The position numbers were made by a program, and so were the translations under genes. The notes below the pieces were generated by a model, which saw only the letters and a program-made list of their open reading frames with translations, searched no databases and was not told the origin of the DNA. A stretch of DNA of 64,000 bases from Planctomycetota bacterium (GTDB taxonomy: Bacteria > Planctomycetota > UBA8108 > SXIK01). The stretch spans positions 1,152,001 to 1,216,000 of the forward strand of contig OZ244999.1 of NCBI GenBank assembly GCA_965223265.1, in the 5' to 3' direction. Numbering within the stretch: position 1 is the stretch's first letter; each line of letters opens with the position of its first letter. Shown here piece by piece: positions 18,601-27,705 of this stretch.

Positions 18601-19903
18601 GGCTAGGAACTCGACCGCGCTTGGCTACATCACCGACGTGGCGTTTCATCCTGATGGGAATCGCCTCGTTGCCGTCGCCAGCAAAACACACGGAATCGTC
18701 TGGGACTCCGAGACACTAGAGGTCATCGCTCGTCTGGAGGGTCACACCATGGTGATCCGAGCTGTGGCCTTCAGCCCAGACGGCGCGCTGATCGCGACTG
18801 GCGGTGGCGACACTACACTTCGGCTGTGGGACAGCGAAATGGGAACGCTCGTGGAGACTATCAAAGTCGGGCATCGAATCCGCGGCTTGACGTTCAGCCC
18901 GGACGGGACGCGTTTGGTGGCGGCGCTCGAGGATGCGAGCGTCGGCATCTGGGACCTGGGCAGTCACGATCTACTCTTGCGCCTACGCGGCCACGACAGT
19001 CGAGTCATGTCGGTCGCCTTCAGCCCCGACGGCAAACGCCTGGCGAGCTCCTCCGACGATGGAACGGTGCGCATTTGGGAAACCGAGCTGGAGTCGACGC
19101 GGCGGATGTGGGATGCCGCGAAACGTCGCCGTCGCCTCGAACGACTCGTCGATCGCCTCCTTGAGGAACACCTTCTAGCTGACCGGGTGGTGGCGGCTCT
19201 GCGCAAGGACCCTTCTCTGTCGACGAAGGAACTGAAGGCGGCTGTCCGGATCGCGCACAGCGCTGCAAAATCGCCGGAACAACTCAACCGCGAGAGCTGG
19301 GTCGTAGTGCGGAGTCCAGGCGCAGCGGCCGAGGCGTACGCCCGCGCGCTGAGAAAGGCGGAGGCCGCCGCTACGCTTCAGCCAACAGGCTATGTTTTGA
19401 ACAACCTCGGCGTCGCCCATTACCGCGTCGGGCAATTCGCAGAGGCGATCGATGCCCTGAGGCGCGCCGACGATCAGCATCCGAAGGTGTTCTTGGGAGT
19501 GCGCTTCGGCGCCGACAGAGCCGATGGCGGCGGAGCGTTGATCGGCGTGGTCGAACCGGGGGCAGGGGCCGAACTCGCGGGGCTGCAGGGCGGCGACCTT
19601 GTGACCGAATTTGCCGGCAAGAGCATCGCGTCTGCGCGCGATCTCCGTGACTCGCTTCGTGTTCTCTCCGCGGGTGACTTGGTCCCGGTGAAGGCGCGGC
19701 GGGGCGACAAGACGCTCGAGCTCGACGTCCGACTCGGACCGAACCCAGATCGCGCCTTCAACCTGGCGTTTCTGGCCATGTGCCACAACCAGCTCGGCGA
19801 TGATGACAAAGCGAAGAGTCTGCTCGATGAGTGTCGGCGCATGCTCAAAGTTGACGGCGACTTGAAGGCGTTCCTCTGGGAAGCCGAAGCGCTGATCGAG
19901 TGA
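15656..19903 (+). CDS. Membrane Ser/Thr protein kinase with WD40 repeats, TPR-like helices and a PDZ domain
   Basis: GRGGMG, VALK, HRDIKPSN, DFGLA and YMAPE, then a TM helix, RGWEW and about a dozen GH...WD repeats. A PDZ domain (FLGV...AGLQGGD) lies at about 19487-19738. Confidence 0.92.
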   Translation: MKNTEWVDHSERNPVEEFAESFVARYRRGEEPRISEYTEKYPEHAAEIRELFPALPLVERLGAQDNESSANVCEEVATASASAQKALPRQLGEYVILREVGRGGMGVVYEAEQKSLGRRVALKVLPFHRLMDDRRLERFQREARAAAALQHPNIVPVFGVGEEEGVHYYTMQFIPGQSLDEVLNELRVLRNSDGFPSGATDQRRGNQGPGPSTISLLHELLMPSEEGSDGAVPAPSPGGKSRSLSSNTLLESTSDGSDLKYFRNVATLGVHIAEALDYAHGEGVIHRDIKPSNLLLEPAGQVWVTDFGLAKSAESDAVTLSGEVVGTLAYMAPERLEGWSDPRSDLYSLGVTLYELLTLRAAFEDSDRGRLMKRISEEEPKAPRLLEPRLPRDLETVVLKAMEKEPARRYRNMEELAGDLNRYLRSEPLRARRPSVVDRLTKWSRRHQRAVLAALLILVLAFVGLIFSSYRITQEQTLTEKALTERSTALTESQRQAYVANVSRAGMHFHLADPSSARESLDRCPPELRGWEWRHLDARTKANFNLLHTINIGHRRIREPNFSARGNRLVALIDDVVKVWDVQSGELLLSLDDHKQRATQLAFSPEGSRFVSWTREKLRLWRIEDGDLLANATSRLHSWNNLPLRYSPNGELVAMGGPGGEIQLWRPESGQDVTTFIERRPTQGELHWSFTFTPDSRRLVIAFGWDDGKSLNELTITGLTVEVWEVETRKRLSTLTIPRGFIKKIAFDSDARRVAVVGDQSIQVWAARTGTLLAQWRYAHRVTSLAFSPDGRLLSGACVDRKVPLWNSRSGELLATLSGHVRLSRTVAFHPNEPLLVSGSDDGALKLWDIEYADVVPALRGHQGRVDSVTFSPDGLLLASCDHSGVVRIWDAQTGDPVQSCRGHVGVVRSVAFSPDGTILASGGGDTTVRLWQPQTGELLATLRGHDETVWSVVFDPLGRRLLTSSGDESIRLWEVPSGQPLARNSTALGYITDVAFHPDGNRLVAVASKTHGIVWDSETLEVIARLEGHTMVIRAVAFSPDGALIATGGGDTTLRLWDSEMGTLVETIKVGHRIRGLTFSPDGTRLVAALEDASVGIWDLGSHDLLLRLRGHDSRVMSVAFSPDGKRLASSSDDGTVRIWETELESTRRMWDAAKRRRRLERLVDRLLEEHLLADRVVAALRKDPSLSTKELKAAVRIAHSAAKSPEQLNRESWVVVRSPGAAAEAYARALRKAEAAATLQPTGYVLNNLGVAHYRVGQFAEAIDALRRADDQHPKVFLGVRFGADRADGGGALIGVVEPGAGAELAGLQGGDLVTEFAGKSIASARDLRDSLRVLSAGDLVPVKARRGDKTLELDVRLGPNPDRAFNLAFLAMCHNQLGDDDKAKSLLDECRRMLKVDGDLKAFLWEAEALIE

Positions 19904-20011
19904 ACTATGAAGCGACAGGAAGTCGCACCGCGTGTCGCCCTCGACAAAGAGCGCGACAAGGACACTGCCCACGACCGAACCCGCGCAAACGACGAGCTGG
20001 AGGATTCCGTC

Positions 20012-20280
20012 TCAACCCACCTGAACACCCGGCTGACCATTCTCAACCACGAATGACGCCAGTGTGTCGATGGGAGCGTTTGGCGCCGTCACGAACTCGA
20101 CGACGCGGAAGTCGCTACGCCATAGGTCCGGTGTGACCTCGCAGCGAACGTAGCCGCGCTGCGCGTTGAAGAACTTGAAGAAGGGGTTCTCAGAAAGAAC
20201 AGCAGGTGTTTCAGGACGTACCGTGAATCCATCGCCGCTGGAGCTGAGCGACGTGCCGACGAACTCCGCCGCGACGGCCT
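20012..20280 (-). pseudogene. phoD: C-terminal fragment of a PhoD alkaline phosphatase
   Basis: [13 protein letters not shown]...[20 protein letters not shown]...W.SDFRVV...SFVVENG matches a PhoD C-terminus. The catalytic 5' part is absent. Confidence 0.72.
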
Positions 20281-20540
20281 CAGTGCACTCGAATCCGCTG
20301 GCCCACAATCGGAACCGGGCCAAGCGACACGGCCGGTGCGTCCGTCAGGGGGTTCGGCTCGATGACGCTGATGGGAAAGCCGTCCGACCCTATTCCCAGA
20401 GTGGTCGCGGGATAAATGTCCAAATCCAAGCTGCCCGAGAACGTGTCGGTATCGATCAGCTCCAAGGTACCGCGAGATTTCTGCAGAGCCGTCAGGGTGC
20501 CGTCGGCATCATAGAGAAACTCGATAGCTGTCAGATGCCA
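20280..20540 (-). pseudogene. 3' fragment of an unidentified protein gene
   Basis: Open protein-like frame WHLTAIEFLYDADGTLTALQKSRGTLELIDTDTFSG...GQRIRVH* with no credible start or RBS. Confidence 0.4.
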
Positions 20541-20563
20541 GGCCGTCCAGCCTGCGCGATCGC

Positions 20564-22993
20564 GTGACGCGTCTGCTCGTCCCCGGCTACCGGCCGGGCT
20601 TATGCCTGTCGTGGTACGCGATCGGCGCGACGCTCATCGCCTCCGCGGCGGTGCTCCTTGCGCTTTGGTCCGGGGTGAGCGGCGTTGTGCAGATCGGGGC
20701 GCAGATCCTGACTCCGCAGGAGCGCATCCGGCGCGTCGCGGAGGTGGAAGAGACGCACGGCAATGGCGCCGCGCTCGACGACAAGCACGGCTACATTCTG
20801 CACGGGGTGTTGCGAACCGATGATGGAGAGCCGATTCCCGAAGGCTCTCGCGTCTCCCTGATTTCGTCGCGACGCGGGGTCACGGCGACTTTTCGCGCCG
20901 CTCTCGAAGACGACCGTTTCTCGGGCTGGGTGAGCGCAGGGCAGGTGTTCGTTCGCGCCGACGCGCCCGGATACGCGGTCGAATTGGCCGGTCCCTTCGA
21001 ACCAAGCATCGAGGGGCTCCCCGAGGCCGCCGTCGTGCTGCGCCGCGGGTTCACGGCGACGATCCGCGTCGTCGACGCCGCGGGCTCGCCGCTGCAAGGC
21101 GCAACGATCACCGCCTCACTCCAAAATCCCGTCAACGCCTCCACGCCTCTCTTCGCGACAGTGGCGAGCGATGGGAACGGCGTCGCCCTCATTGAGCACT
21201 GCTCCGCGTTGGAGACACAGCTCACCGCGAGCGCTCCAGGATACGCACAGGACCGAAAAGACGAGGTCCGTCTCAGTCCCGACGAGCCGCTCACTTGGAC
21301 GCTGCGCCCGGCGAAGATTACTCGCGGGGTCGTCGTCCGCCACCCGGACGGTCAACCGGTCGTCGACGCCGTGATACGCATCGCTGTTGTAAGCGGCCCG
21401 GCTCCTTCTTCTTATGCTCCCGACGGTAACGCTCCCGAGATCGCGCGCACGAACGAAAAGGGAGAATTCTCCCTCACTTCGCTACGCTCCGACAGCTTCT
21501 ACCACCTGCTGGTGGACGCTCCGGGTCGCGAACGCCAACTCCTGCGCGAAGTGGGGGCTGGACAAGAAGAGCTGCGTGTGGCGCTGGGTCCCGAGCTCTA
21601 TGTGCGCGGTACGGTCGTCGGATCACCCGAACGGGTCAAGAACTTGATTTTGAACTGCAACAGTCCGATTCACGTTCGTAGCAGAGTGTACCGCACGGGA
21701 AGAGACGTGGAACTCACCCGACAGGACGACAAGATCTCTTTCGAGATTCGCGATGTCCTCCGCGGCAAGCTTGAGATTACCGGCGGCAACCACGGCATCG
21801 AGCTTGACGTGACAGAGCCGATCGACGACCTCGTTTACGACCTCACTGAGAAAAAGCCGAAGCCCAGACCGCGACAGCGGATCACGCTTGTTTTGGAAGC
21901 ACCGGCTGGTCACCCGCCACCGGAGGGCATAGTGATCGCGCAGAGTTTTCCGACGCCTCGTGGGAAGAGTGTCATCCATAGAGATGTATCGATTGAGGAT
22001 GGGCGTGCCGAAATCGAGGTCTACGTTCCGGGGCGCTTGGTCGTCCAGAGGAAGAAACTTGCGGGCTACGCGTTCGAAGATCATCAAGTCCACCTCGATG
22101 CGAACACCTCGTCGTCCACCGTTACGGTTCCTGTCAGTGCGTCGGGCGCGATCTACGGTCACGTCGTATCGCCGACTGGATCGGTGGCGCTCGAGAGTGT
22201 GAACATCAGCTGCTACGAGCGCGACAAGCCTGAACAGGGGCAGCGCTTGACTGTACACGAAATCGACGTCGATGCCGACGGCTCTTTCGTCGTGCCATCG
22301 CTACCGCTCGGCAAAAAGTACGTCGTCATCGCACAACACGAAAAGTACAGAACGCCGAGTGCGCCGATCGATCTAGACAAGACACAGCCACTCCGCGAGA
22401 TCCGCATCGAGATAGGCGACGGAGTCGAGGTCGAAGGACGGCTCGTCGGACCGAATGGCGAGCCGCTCTCTCGAGTCGCGGTCGAGCTCCGGCTGAAGCA
22501 TGAGGTGTTCGGCACCGGCTGGGGGCCGCCGGCGTACACAACTCCGGACGGAGTCTTTCGACTCGGAAAGGCCAACCCGGAGCTCGACTACACGGTTACC
22601 ATCCAGTCGCGCCGCGACTATCAGCCCGCCACGCTCGAATTCCGTCGGGATGGGAGGCGGATGCAGGTGACGCTGCAGAAAGGCTCCGTCTTAGAGGGCC
22701 AATTGCTCGAGGAGTCGACGGGCTGGCCGATCCCTGGCGCCAAGGTCTACGTCCTCCACCCCACCGAAGATGGCGAATCGGGTCTCGTCTACGACGCCGA
22801 GAAAGAAACCGACGCGCGGGGCCGCTTTCGCTTCAGCAACCTGCCGAACGAGCCGGTGGCCGTGTCGGTGCGGCTCGTGAACAGCTTCGGCTCGAGTCAG
22901 GTGACACCCGGATCGGACGTTCCTCTCGAGATTCGAGGTCGCATTCCGAAAGGCAGTCCGCTGAAGGCGTTCCCGCCCGGCGACTCGCCGTGA
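20564..22993 (+). CDS. Carboxypeptidase-regulatory-like (beta-sandwich repeat) membrane protein, probably a 5'-truncated M56/BlaR1 protein
   Basis: Repeated G.VVD..G.P..GA...T...G.F units after a TM helix. The frame begins SSLRDRVTRLL, which resembles the end of an M56 domain, and has an in-frame stop at 20525. Confidence 0.65.
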   Translation: MTRLLVPGYRPGLCLSWYAIGATLIASAAVLLALWSGVSGVVQIGAQILTPQERIRRVAEVEETHGNGAALDDKHGYILHGVLRTDDGEPIPEGSRVSLISSRRGVTATFRAALEDDRFSGWVSAGQVFVRADAPGYAVELAGPFEPSIEGLPEAAVVLRRGFTATIRVVDAAGSPLQGATITASLQNPVNASTPLFATVASDGNGVALIEHCSALETQLTASAPGYAQDRKDEVRLSPDEPLTWTLRPAKITRGVVVRHPDGQPVVDAVIRIAVVSGPAPSSYAPDGNAPEIARTNEKGEFSLTSLRSDSFYHLLVDAPGRERQLLREVGAGQEELRVALGPELYVRGTVVGSPERVKNLILNCNSPIHVRSRVYRTGRDVELTRQDDKISFEIRDVLRGKLEITGGNHGIELDVTEPIDDLVYDLTEKKPKPRPRQRITLVLEAPAGHPPPEGIVIAQSFPTPRGKSVIHRDVSIEDGRAEIEVYVPGRLVVQRKKLAGYAFEDHQVHLDANTSSSTVTVPVSASGAIYGHVVSPTGSVALESVNISCYERDKPEQGQRLTVHEIDVDADGSFVVPSLPLGKKYVVIAQHEKYRTPSAPIDLDKTQPLREIRIEIGDGVEVEGRLVGPNGEPLSRVAVELRLKHEVFGTGWGPPAYTTPDGVFRLGKANPELDYTVTIQSRRDYQPATLEFRRDGRRMQVTLQKGSVLEGQLLEESTGWPIPGAKVYVLHPTEDGESGLVYDAEKETDARGRFRFSNLPNEPVAVSVRLVNSFGSSQVTPGSDVPLEIRGRIPKGSPLKAFPPGDSP

Positions 22994-23188
22994 GCGCGGA
23001 TCGGGTCGTGACTACGAATCTTTGGGCTGCGCAGCTTCCTACGTCTACCTTCACACATGAAGGCGTACCGCGAGAATCTCGTTCCACCATCGTGGCAATA
23101 CAACGTGCCCTTGCTCCCCGGGCCGGCGAGCAGTATAACGCCCCCTCGGGGTGTTACTGCATAGCCACCACTTTCGAGATTCACGATC

Positions 23189-23770
23189 ATGACGTTTCGA
23201 TGTCTTCTGCTTTTCGCCGTTGTCGTTTTGGTCAGCTGTTCTACCGCGGACCCCCGCTTGGAAGGGAGCAAGACGAGGCCCTACGGTGGTAAGCCCCATA
23301 GGATCCCGGGCACGATCGAAGCGGAGCACTACGATGAGGGTGCGCCTGGAGAAGCCTATCTCGACGTCGACGAAAAGAACCACGGTGCGCCGTATCGCGA
23401 CGAGACTCAGGTCGACATCGAGCCGCGCCCCGACGCCTCGAACGGTTACGGCATCGGCTGGATTAAGGCCGGCGAGTGGGTGCTTTACACGGTCGATATT
23501 CGCGAGGCGGGCCGCTACATCGTGGAGATACCAGCGGCGTCGGCCAAGGAGGGTGGAACGTTTCACCTTGAGCTCGACGGCCGGCCCATCACCGGACCGA
23601 TCCACGTGGCGAGCACGGGCAGTTGGAAGAAACTGGGGACGCTCAAGGCCGAGACCGTGTCACTCAGCACCGGTGTCCAGCGCCTGAAGGTTGTGATGGA
23701 CACTGAAGGCGCTGAAACCAACTGGGTCGCCGACATCGACCTGTTGCGTTTCACGAGAGTGGAGCGCTAG
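23189..23770 (+). CDS. CBM6-like carbohydrate-binding lipoprotein
   Basis: Lipobox LVSC, IPGTIEAEHYD, IGWIKAGEWVLYTVD and TGSW. Confidence 0.82.
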   Translation: MTFRCLLLFAVVVLVSCSTADPRLEGSKTRPYGGKPHRIPGTIEAEHYDEGAPGEAYLDVDEKNHGAPYRDETQVDIEPRPDASNGYGIGWIKAGEWVLYTVDIREAGRYIVEIPAASAKEGGTFHLELDGRPITGPIHVASTGSWKKLGTLKAETVSLSTGVQRLKVVMDTEGAETNWVADIDLLRFTRVER

Positions 23771-23949
23771 CGGACGCGCGCTTCGCGAACTTCTGGCGGG
23801 AGCGTCTGCTATCTCGGCCGCACGCAGAGCACTGCTCGAAACCGAGGATCGAGTCTTTTCACCATTTCCGATTCTCGAGCTGCTCTTTGAGCGGAGAGAA
23901 CGCGAGAGGCATTTTGGCGGCGTCAAGAAAGAGCGAGGGCGGGACGCTG

Positions 23950-25221
23950 TCACTCGCGCAGCGAATTTGCGGGTGGCCGCTCCCGGGGAATTCGATTCTT
24001 CAGGTCGCCGAGCCACGGCCACAACGTCCTCTCGTTCAAGTCCACCTCGACGACGACCACCGGCTCCGCGTTCGATCCCTCTTTGACTAGAGTTCCCTCC
24101 TTGTCGAAGACCGCGGTTTTCATGTGGTAGCTCGATGTGACCAAGTGCACCTGGTTCTCGATGGCGCGCGCCTTCGTAAGGGTCAGGTTTCCACCCCAGA
24201 TCGGTATGAGGATCACCTCGGCGCCTTTTCGCGCCAGCACCTGCGCCGGCTCCGCGAAGTGGACGTCCCAGCAGATCATCAGACCGATGCGGCCGAAGTC
24301 GACGTCGAAGACCGGAAACACCTCGCCTGGCGTGATGCCGCCTTCAATTTCTTCGCGTGGCAAGCAGACCTTACGGTAGCGTCCGATGAGTTCACCGCGT
24401 CGATCGATCAGGACCGCTGTGTTGTAGACGGTCGGGCCAACGCGCTCGAAGAGGCCCGCTACGATGTAAAGCGCATGCTCTTTCGCTTTCTCGCCGAGGC
24501 GACGCGTCGTGGGTCCAGGAATCGACTCAGCGACGTCGACGTACGTCTTCTTCGTACCAGCGAGCGTGATCCCCTCTGGAAGGCAGACGATGTCTGCTCT
24601 CTTCGCCGCCGCCTGCGCGATCAACTCGCAGAATTCCTCGACGTTTTCCTCGGGGCCCGTGCCTTTGGGATGGCGGTGAATGGAGGCGAGGCGCACGCGG
24701 CGCGCCGCTGGTTTCTCCACCTTCGCCATCGTCGTGCCCCCGAAGTGGACGCTCCCGTTAGCGTCCCACCGAAAGACGAGTTCGACGTCAGCTCGAGCGG
24801 CACCTGGCGGTACCTCATACGTTTGACGGAGAACGCTCCAATCGGTCTCGGAGGTGCCGGACGTGCGAGCCAGCGTTGCGGGGTACTCCGTTCGACGAAC
24901 GCGTTTCTCCATTTCGTCGCGCCATATGATCCGAGCTAGCACGGAACGTAGAGGCTCGTCGACGTTCTTTGCGAAGTAGTGCGTCTCGAATCGGTAGTGC
25001 GTCCCTGGTTCAACGGCAAAGCGCTTGGACCAGTGACCGTTTGCGGCCGCAAGTCCCCGTCCCGCTAGCGCCAGTGTCGGTTTGCCGGCGAAGAGGATCG
25101 TCTCATCCTTCCAAGCACGCGGAGCGATCTCCTCGCGAGGCGAAGCGAACCGCCAGGCGGAATGCTCAGGCGAAGGAGCTCCAAGCGAGAGAGCCAGAAT
25201 GAACGACATGGTGACGGACAT
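23950..25221 (-). CDS. Carbon-nitrogen hydrolase (nitrilase superfamily) with a signal peptide and an extra N-terminal domain
   Basis: Glu-Lys-Cys triad motifs LPEG, YRKVCL and ICWD, plus ARAIEN. Confidence 0.88.
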   Translation of the reverse strand: MSVTMSFILALSLGAPSPEHSAWRFASPREEIAPRAWKDETILFAGKPTLALAGRGLAAANGHWSKRFAVEPGTHYRFETHYFAKNVDEPLRSVLARIIWRDEMEKRVRRTEYPATLARTSGTSETDWSVLRQTYEVPPGAARADVELVFRWDANGSVHFGGTTMAKVEKPAARRVRLASIHRHPKGTGPEENVEEFCELIAQAAAKRADIVCLPEGITLAGTKKTYVDVAESIPGPTTRRLGEKAKEHALYIVAGLFERVGPTVYNTAVLIDRRGELIGRYRKVCLPREEIEGGITPGEVFPVFDVDFGRIGLMICWDVHFAEPAQVLARKGAEVILIPIWGGNLTLTKARAIENQVHLVTSSYHMKTAVFDKEGTLVKEGSNAEPVVVVEVDLNERTLWPWLGDLKNRIPRERPPANSLRE

Positions 25222-25306
25222 GTGTACGCCCCTTTCTGAGAGGTGAGGTAGACTATGTTCTACTTAAGGTATGGACGTCGTTTGGTCGCCTCAGCGCCTC
25301 CACTAG

Positions 25307-26905
25307 CTACTCGGTGTCCCAGCAACCAACGACCCACGAATCAGCACCTTGCCCGTTGGCCGAACCGGTGAGAAGCGAGTTTCCATGAGTCGCGATGTAG
25401 GCGCTCTGCCAGCCTCGAAACCCGAGCGGAATCTCGCGCAGAACGTTTCCCGTCGCGATCTCTATGATGAGAACCTTCGCTTGGGAGCTCCTGTCCTCGC
25501 GGGATGGGCGCAGCACGACCGCGAATCGTCGCTCGTCGAGCACGACGGCGTCGGCGGCAGTCTGCGATAGCGGAATCTCATGGAGTCGCGAGAGAGTTTC
25601 GGAGTCGACCACTCTTAGAGCGCCTTCGTTCCTTTTTGTCGAGACAGCATATGCAAGCAGCTCGTCGTTGAGCGGAGTCATGAACGGCTCGAACATCGTG
25701 CGCCCAGTGCAGTCGTCTACGGTCGTCGGGTCGCCGAGGTCGGGAAGGGACAGCCGAATGAGGAGATTGAAGCTCGTGCCCAACAAAAATACCGAGCGTC
25801 CGACAGCAGCTACCTGCAGCATGCTTGGCACTTCGTATGACTTTTCATTTTCCATTCGTCCCTCAACGTAGTGCGTCGCAGCAGGTGTTTGCCCCGGCGG
25901 ATTTGCGCACGCGTAAACCACGCCCAGATCGTCGTCGGTCGCGGTCGCAATCACCTCACTCCCGGAAAACGCGAGGCGCGTATAGACCGGACCTGGTACC
26001 CAGTCAGCCCACCAGAGAACTCGCCCAGTAGAGCATTCGACGTTGTACAAGCAGCCGCCTTCGGTGCCGAAGGCCACCGCGTCTTCGCCGGTACGCGTCG
26101 GCGGCGCCGTAACACGTCCCTTGACGTCGACGCTCCAGAGCGTTTCACCAGAATCGCACGCGAGGCCATAGACACTCGGCGCGTCTCCAGCCACGACGAC
26201 AGCCGAGGGCGTGGGTGTGACCAGCATTGCTCCAGTCGACCACTGCCGCGTCCAGACGACCGAGCCCGTAGGAAGTTCCAGGCACGCGATGGAATCCGAA
26301 GCGGACAAGAAGACCCTATCGTCTAAAGCGGTGACCGGACTTTGCGTGTTGAGGTGTGCAGAGGTTTGTATCGCCCAGCGAAGTCCCGTCTTATCAGGAA
26401 ATGGCGCTCTTGACAGCGGCAGGAGTGACACGACCTGGTCGAGGGAATCCGCAGGAGAAGAAGGGCGATACTTGTCCGGGTCGTACACGCGGTCGTCCGT
26501 TTCACACCAAATGCCGAAAGGCGACAACTCGGGAAATGCGTCTACGATCGGTAGCAAATCGCGGGGCGACGGCTTGCGGAAGCGAATCTTTTCGACCGGG
26601 TCTCCCCAGAAAGTCATGTCTATAAATCGCCCGTCGTCAGCGTGGACCTGAACGCTCCAGTGTTTGGGAATCTCAAGGGAGAGCGGACTCGCCGACAAGT
26701 CTCCTTCCTTTAGTTCACTGACGCCTTCCTCGACGTCGGAACTCACCAAGTCCACCCCGTACACCTTCGATTCGAGAAGCCGTTTTTGTACCTTCTTCAC
26801 GGAACCGAATGTGAGGCCCTTCGTCAGTTCCTCGAGCAGCTCGATGCTCTCGCCGTCATCGCCGACAGCTCTGTGCAGACGGAAGAGCGTGTAATTCACT
26901 CCCAT
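25307..26905 (-). CDS. PQQ-like beta-propeller repeat protein
   Basis: Repeated C/AL...TG...W units (TGSVVW, SGETLW, TGRVLW) after an unknown N-terminal domain. Confidence 0.7.
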   Translation of the reverse strand: MGVNYTLFRLHRAVGDDGESIELLEELTKGLTFGSVKKVQKRLLESKVYGVDLVSSDVEEGVSELKEGDLSASPLSLEIPKHWSVQVHADDGRFIDMTFWGDPVEKIRFRKPSPRDLLPIVDAFPELSPFGIWCETDDRVYDPDKYRPSSPADSLDQVVSLLPLSRAPFPDKTGLRWAIQTSAHLNTQSPVTALDDRVFLSASDSIACLELPTGSVVWTRQWSTGAMLVTPTPSAVVVAGDAPSVYGLACDSGETLWSVDVKGRVTAPPTRTGEDAVAFGTEGGCLYNVECSTGRVLWWADWVPGPVYTRLAFSGSEVIATATDDDLGVVYACANPPGQTPAATHYVEGRMENEKSYEVPSMLQVAAVGRSVFLLGTSFNLLIRLSLPDLGDPTTVDDCTGRTMFEPFMTPLNDELLAYAVSTKRNEGALRVVDSETLSRLHEIPLSQTAADAVVLDERRFAVVLRPSREDRSSQAKVLIIEIATGNVLREIPLGFRGWQSAYIATHGNSLLTGSANGQGADSWVVGCWDTE

Positions 26906-27015
26906 CGCTTCCTCGTCTGAGTGACCGTGGGTGAGAGTGGCATTTCTATATCGTGGCCGTTTACCGCGGATCGAAACGTCGGTGGCCTCGGTATCGACGA
27001 CTCAGGTCCACCGCT

Positions 27016-27315
27016 TCATCGACGCTTCTTAGACGCATAGTCTAACTCATCGAGATCGAAGACCGCCGTCCAGCACCCATGCGTGGCGTCGAACGTGACC
27101 GTGGCGTCTACTTCGAGACGGTCTGGATTGCCGTATTCGTCAACATCGTCCGGTTGGTACAGTGTGACCAGCAGACCCTCGGATAGCTCAAGATCAAGTC
27201 GTTGCAGATCCTCGATTGTTCCGCGGCAGACCAGCGGAGCGACCCCAGGCCCGCCAGGGACTCCGATAAGCGCGTTGAAATCATGATACAGTTCCAAGCG
27301 TTTTAGGTCCGACAT
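27016..27315 (-). CDS. Small acidic hypothetical protein
   Basis: A 99-aa ORF with protein-like composition; no family recognised. Confidence 0.6.
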   Translation of the reverse strand: MSDLKRLELYHDFNALIGVPGGPGVAPLVCRGTIEDLQRLDLELSEGLLVTLYQPDDVDEYGNPDRLEVDATVTFDATHGCWTAVFDLDELDYASKKRR

Positions 27316-27705
27316 GTCAAGTCGTACGCAAGTGACTTATTCATACTCAAGATCTCTTTTTTCTCTTGGTCGTTTAGTTTCTACACCCGATTCCATTGCT
27401 CGTTCGCTTTGCGCGGAGCTACAGACCTAGGACATCATCCCGGAGGGTAACGCACGCGTCAACACGGGTTGGTAGGTCCTCCTCATTGATCGAACTCGCT
27501 TGCGGGGACGAGGGAGCCAGCAGCATTGAGCTTCGGTGCTTTCGAGTTCGCCGTTCAGAATGAAGAACAGTTTCTCTCGCCGAAGTGTTTCGTAGCGGTC
27601 AAAAAAATGCGTCATTCTACCGGCCCGTTTATGATGGCTTTGCGATCGAGCTCGTCACCGACGAGCCGAATGCTGGAAGAGTCTCTTGAACGTTCTGGGA
27701 CGCGG

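Noticed and set aside
25307-27315. Polymorphic toxin/immunity cassette
   Set aside because: No toxin, RHS or secretion gene is nearby. Small acidic ORFs alone are not enough.
27305-27700. AT-richer decayed reading frame, faintly sulfotransferase-like
   Set aside because: It is broken by stops and shifts, and the similarity is too weak to call without a search.
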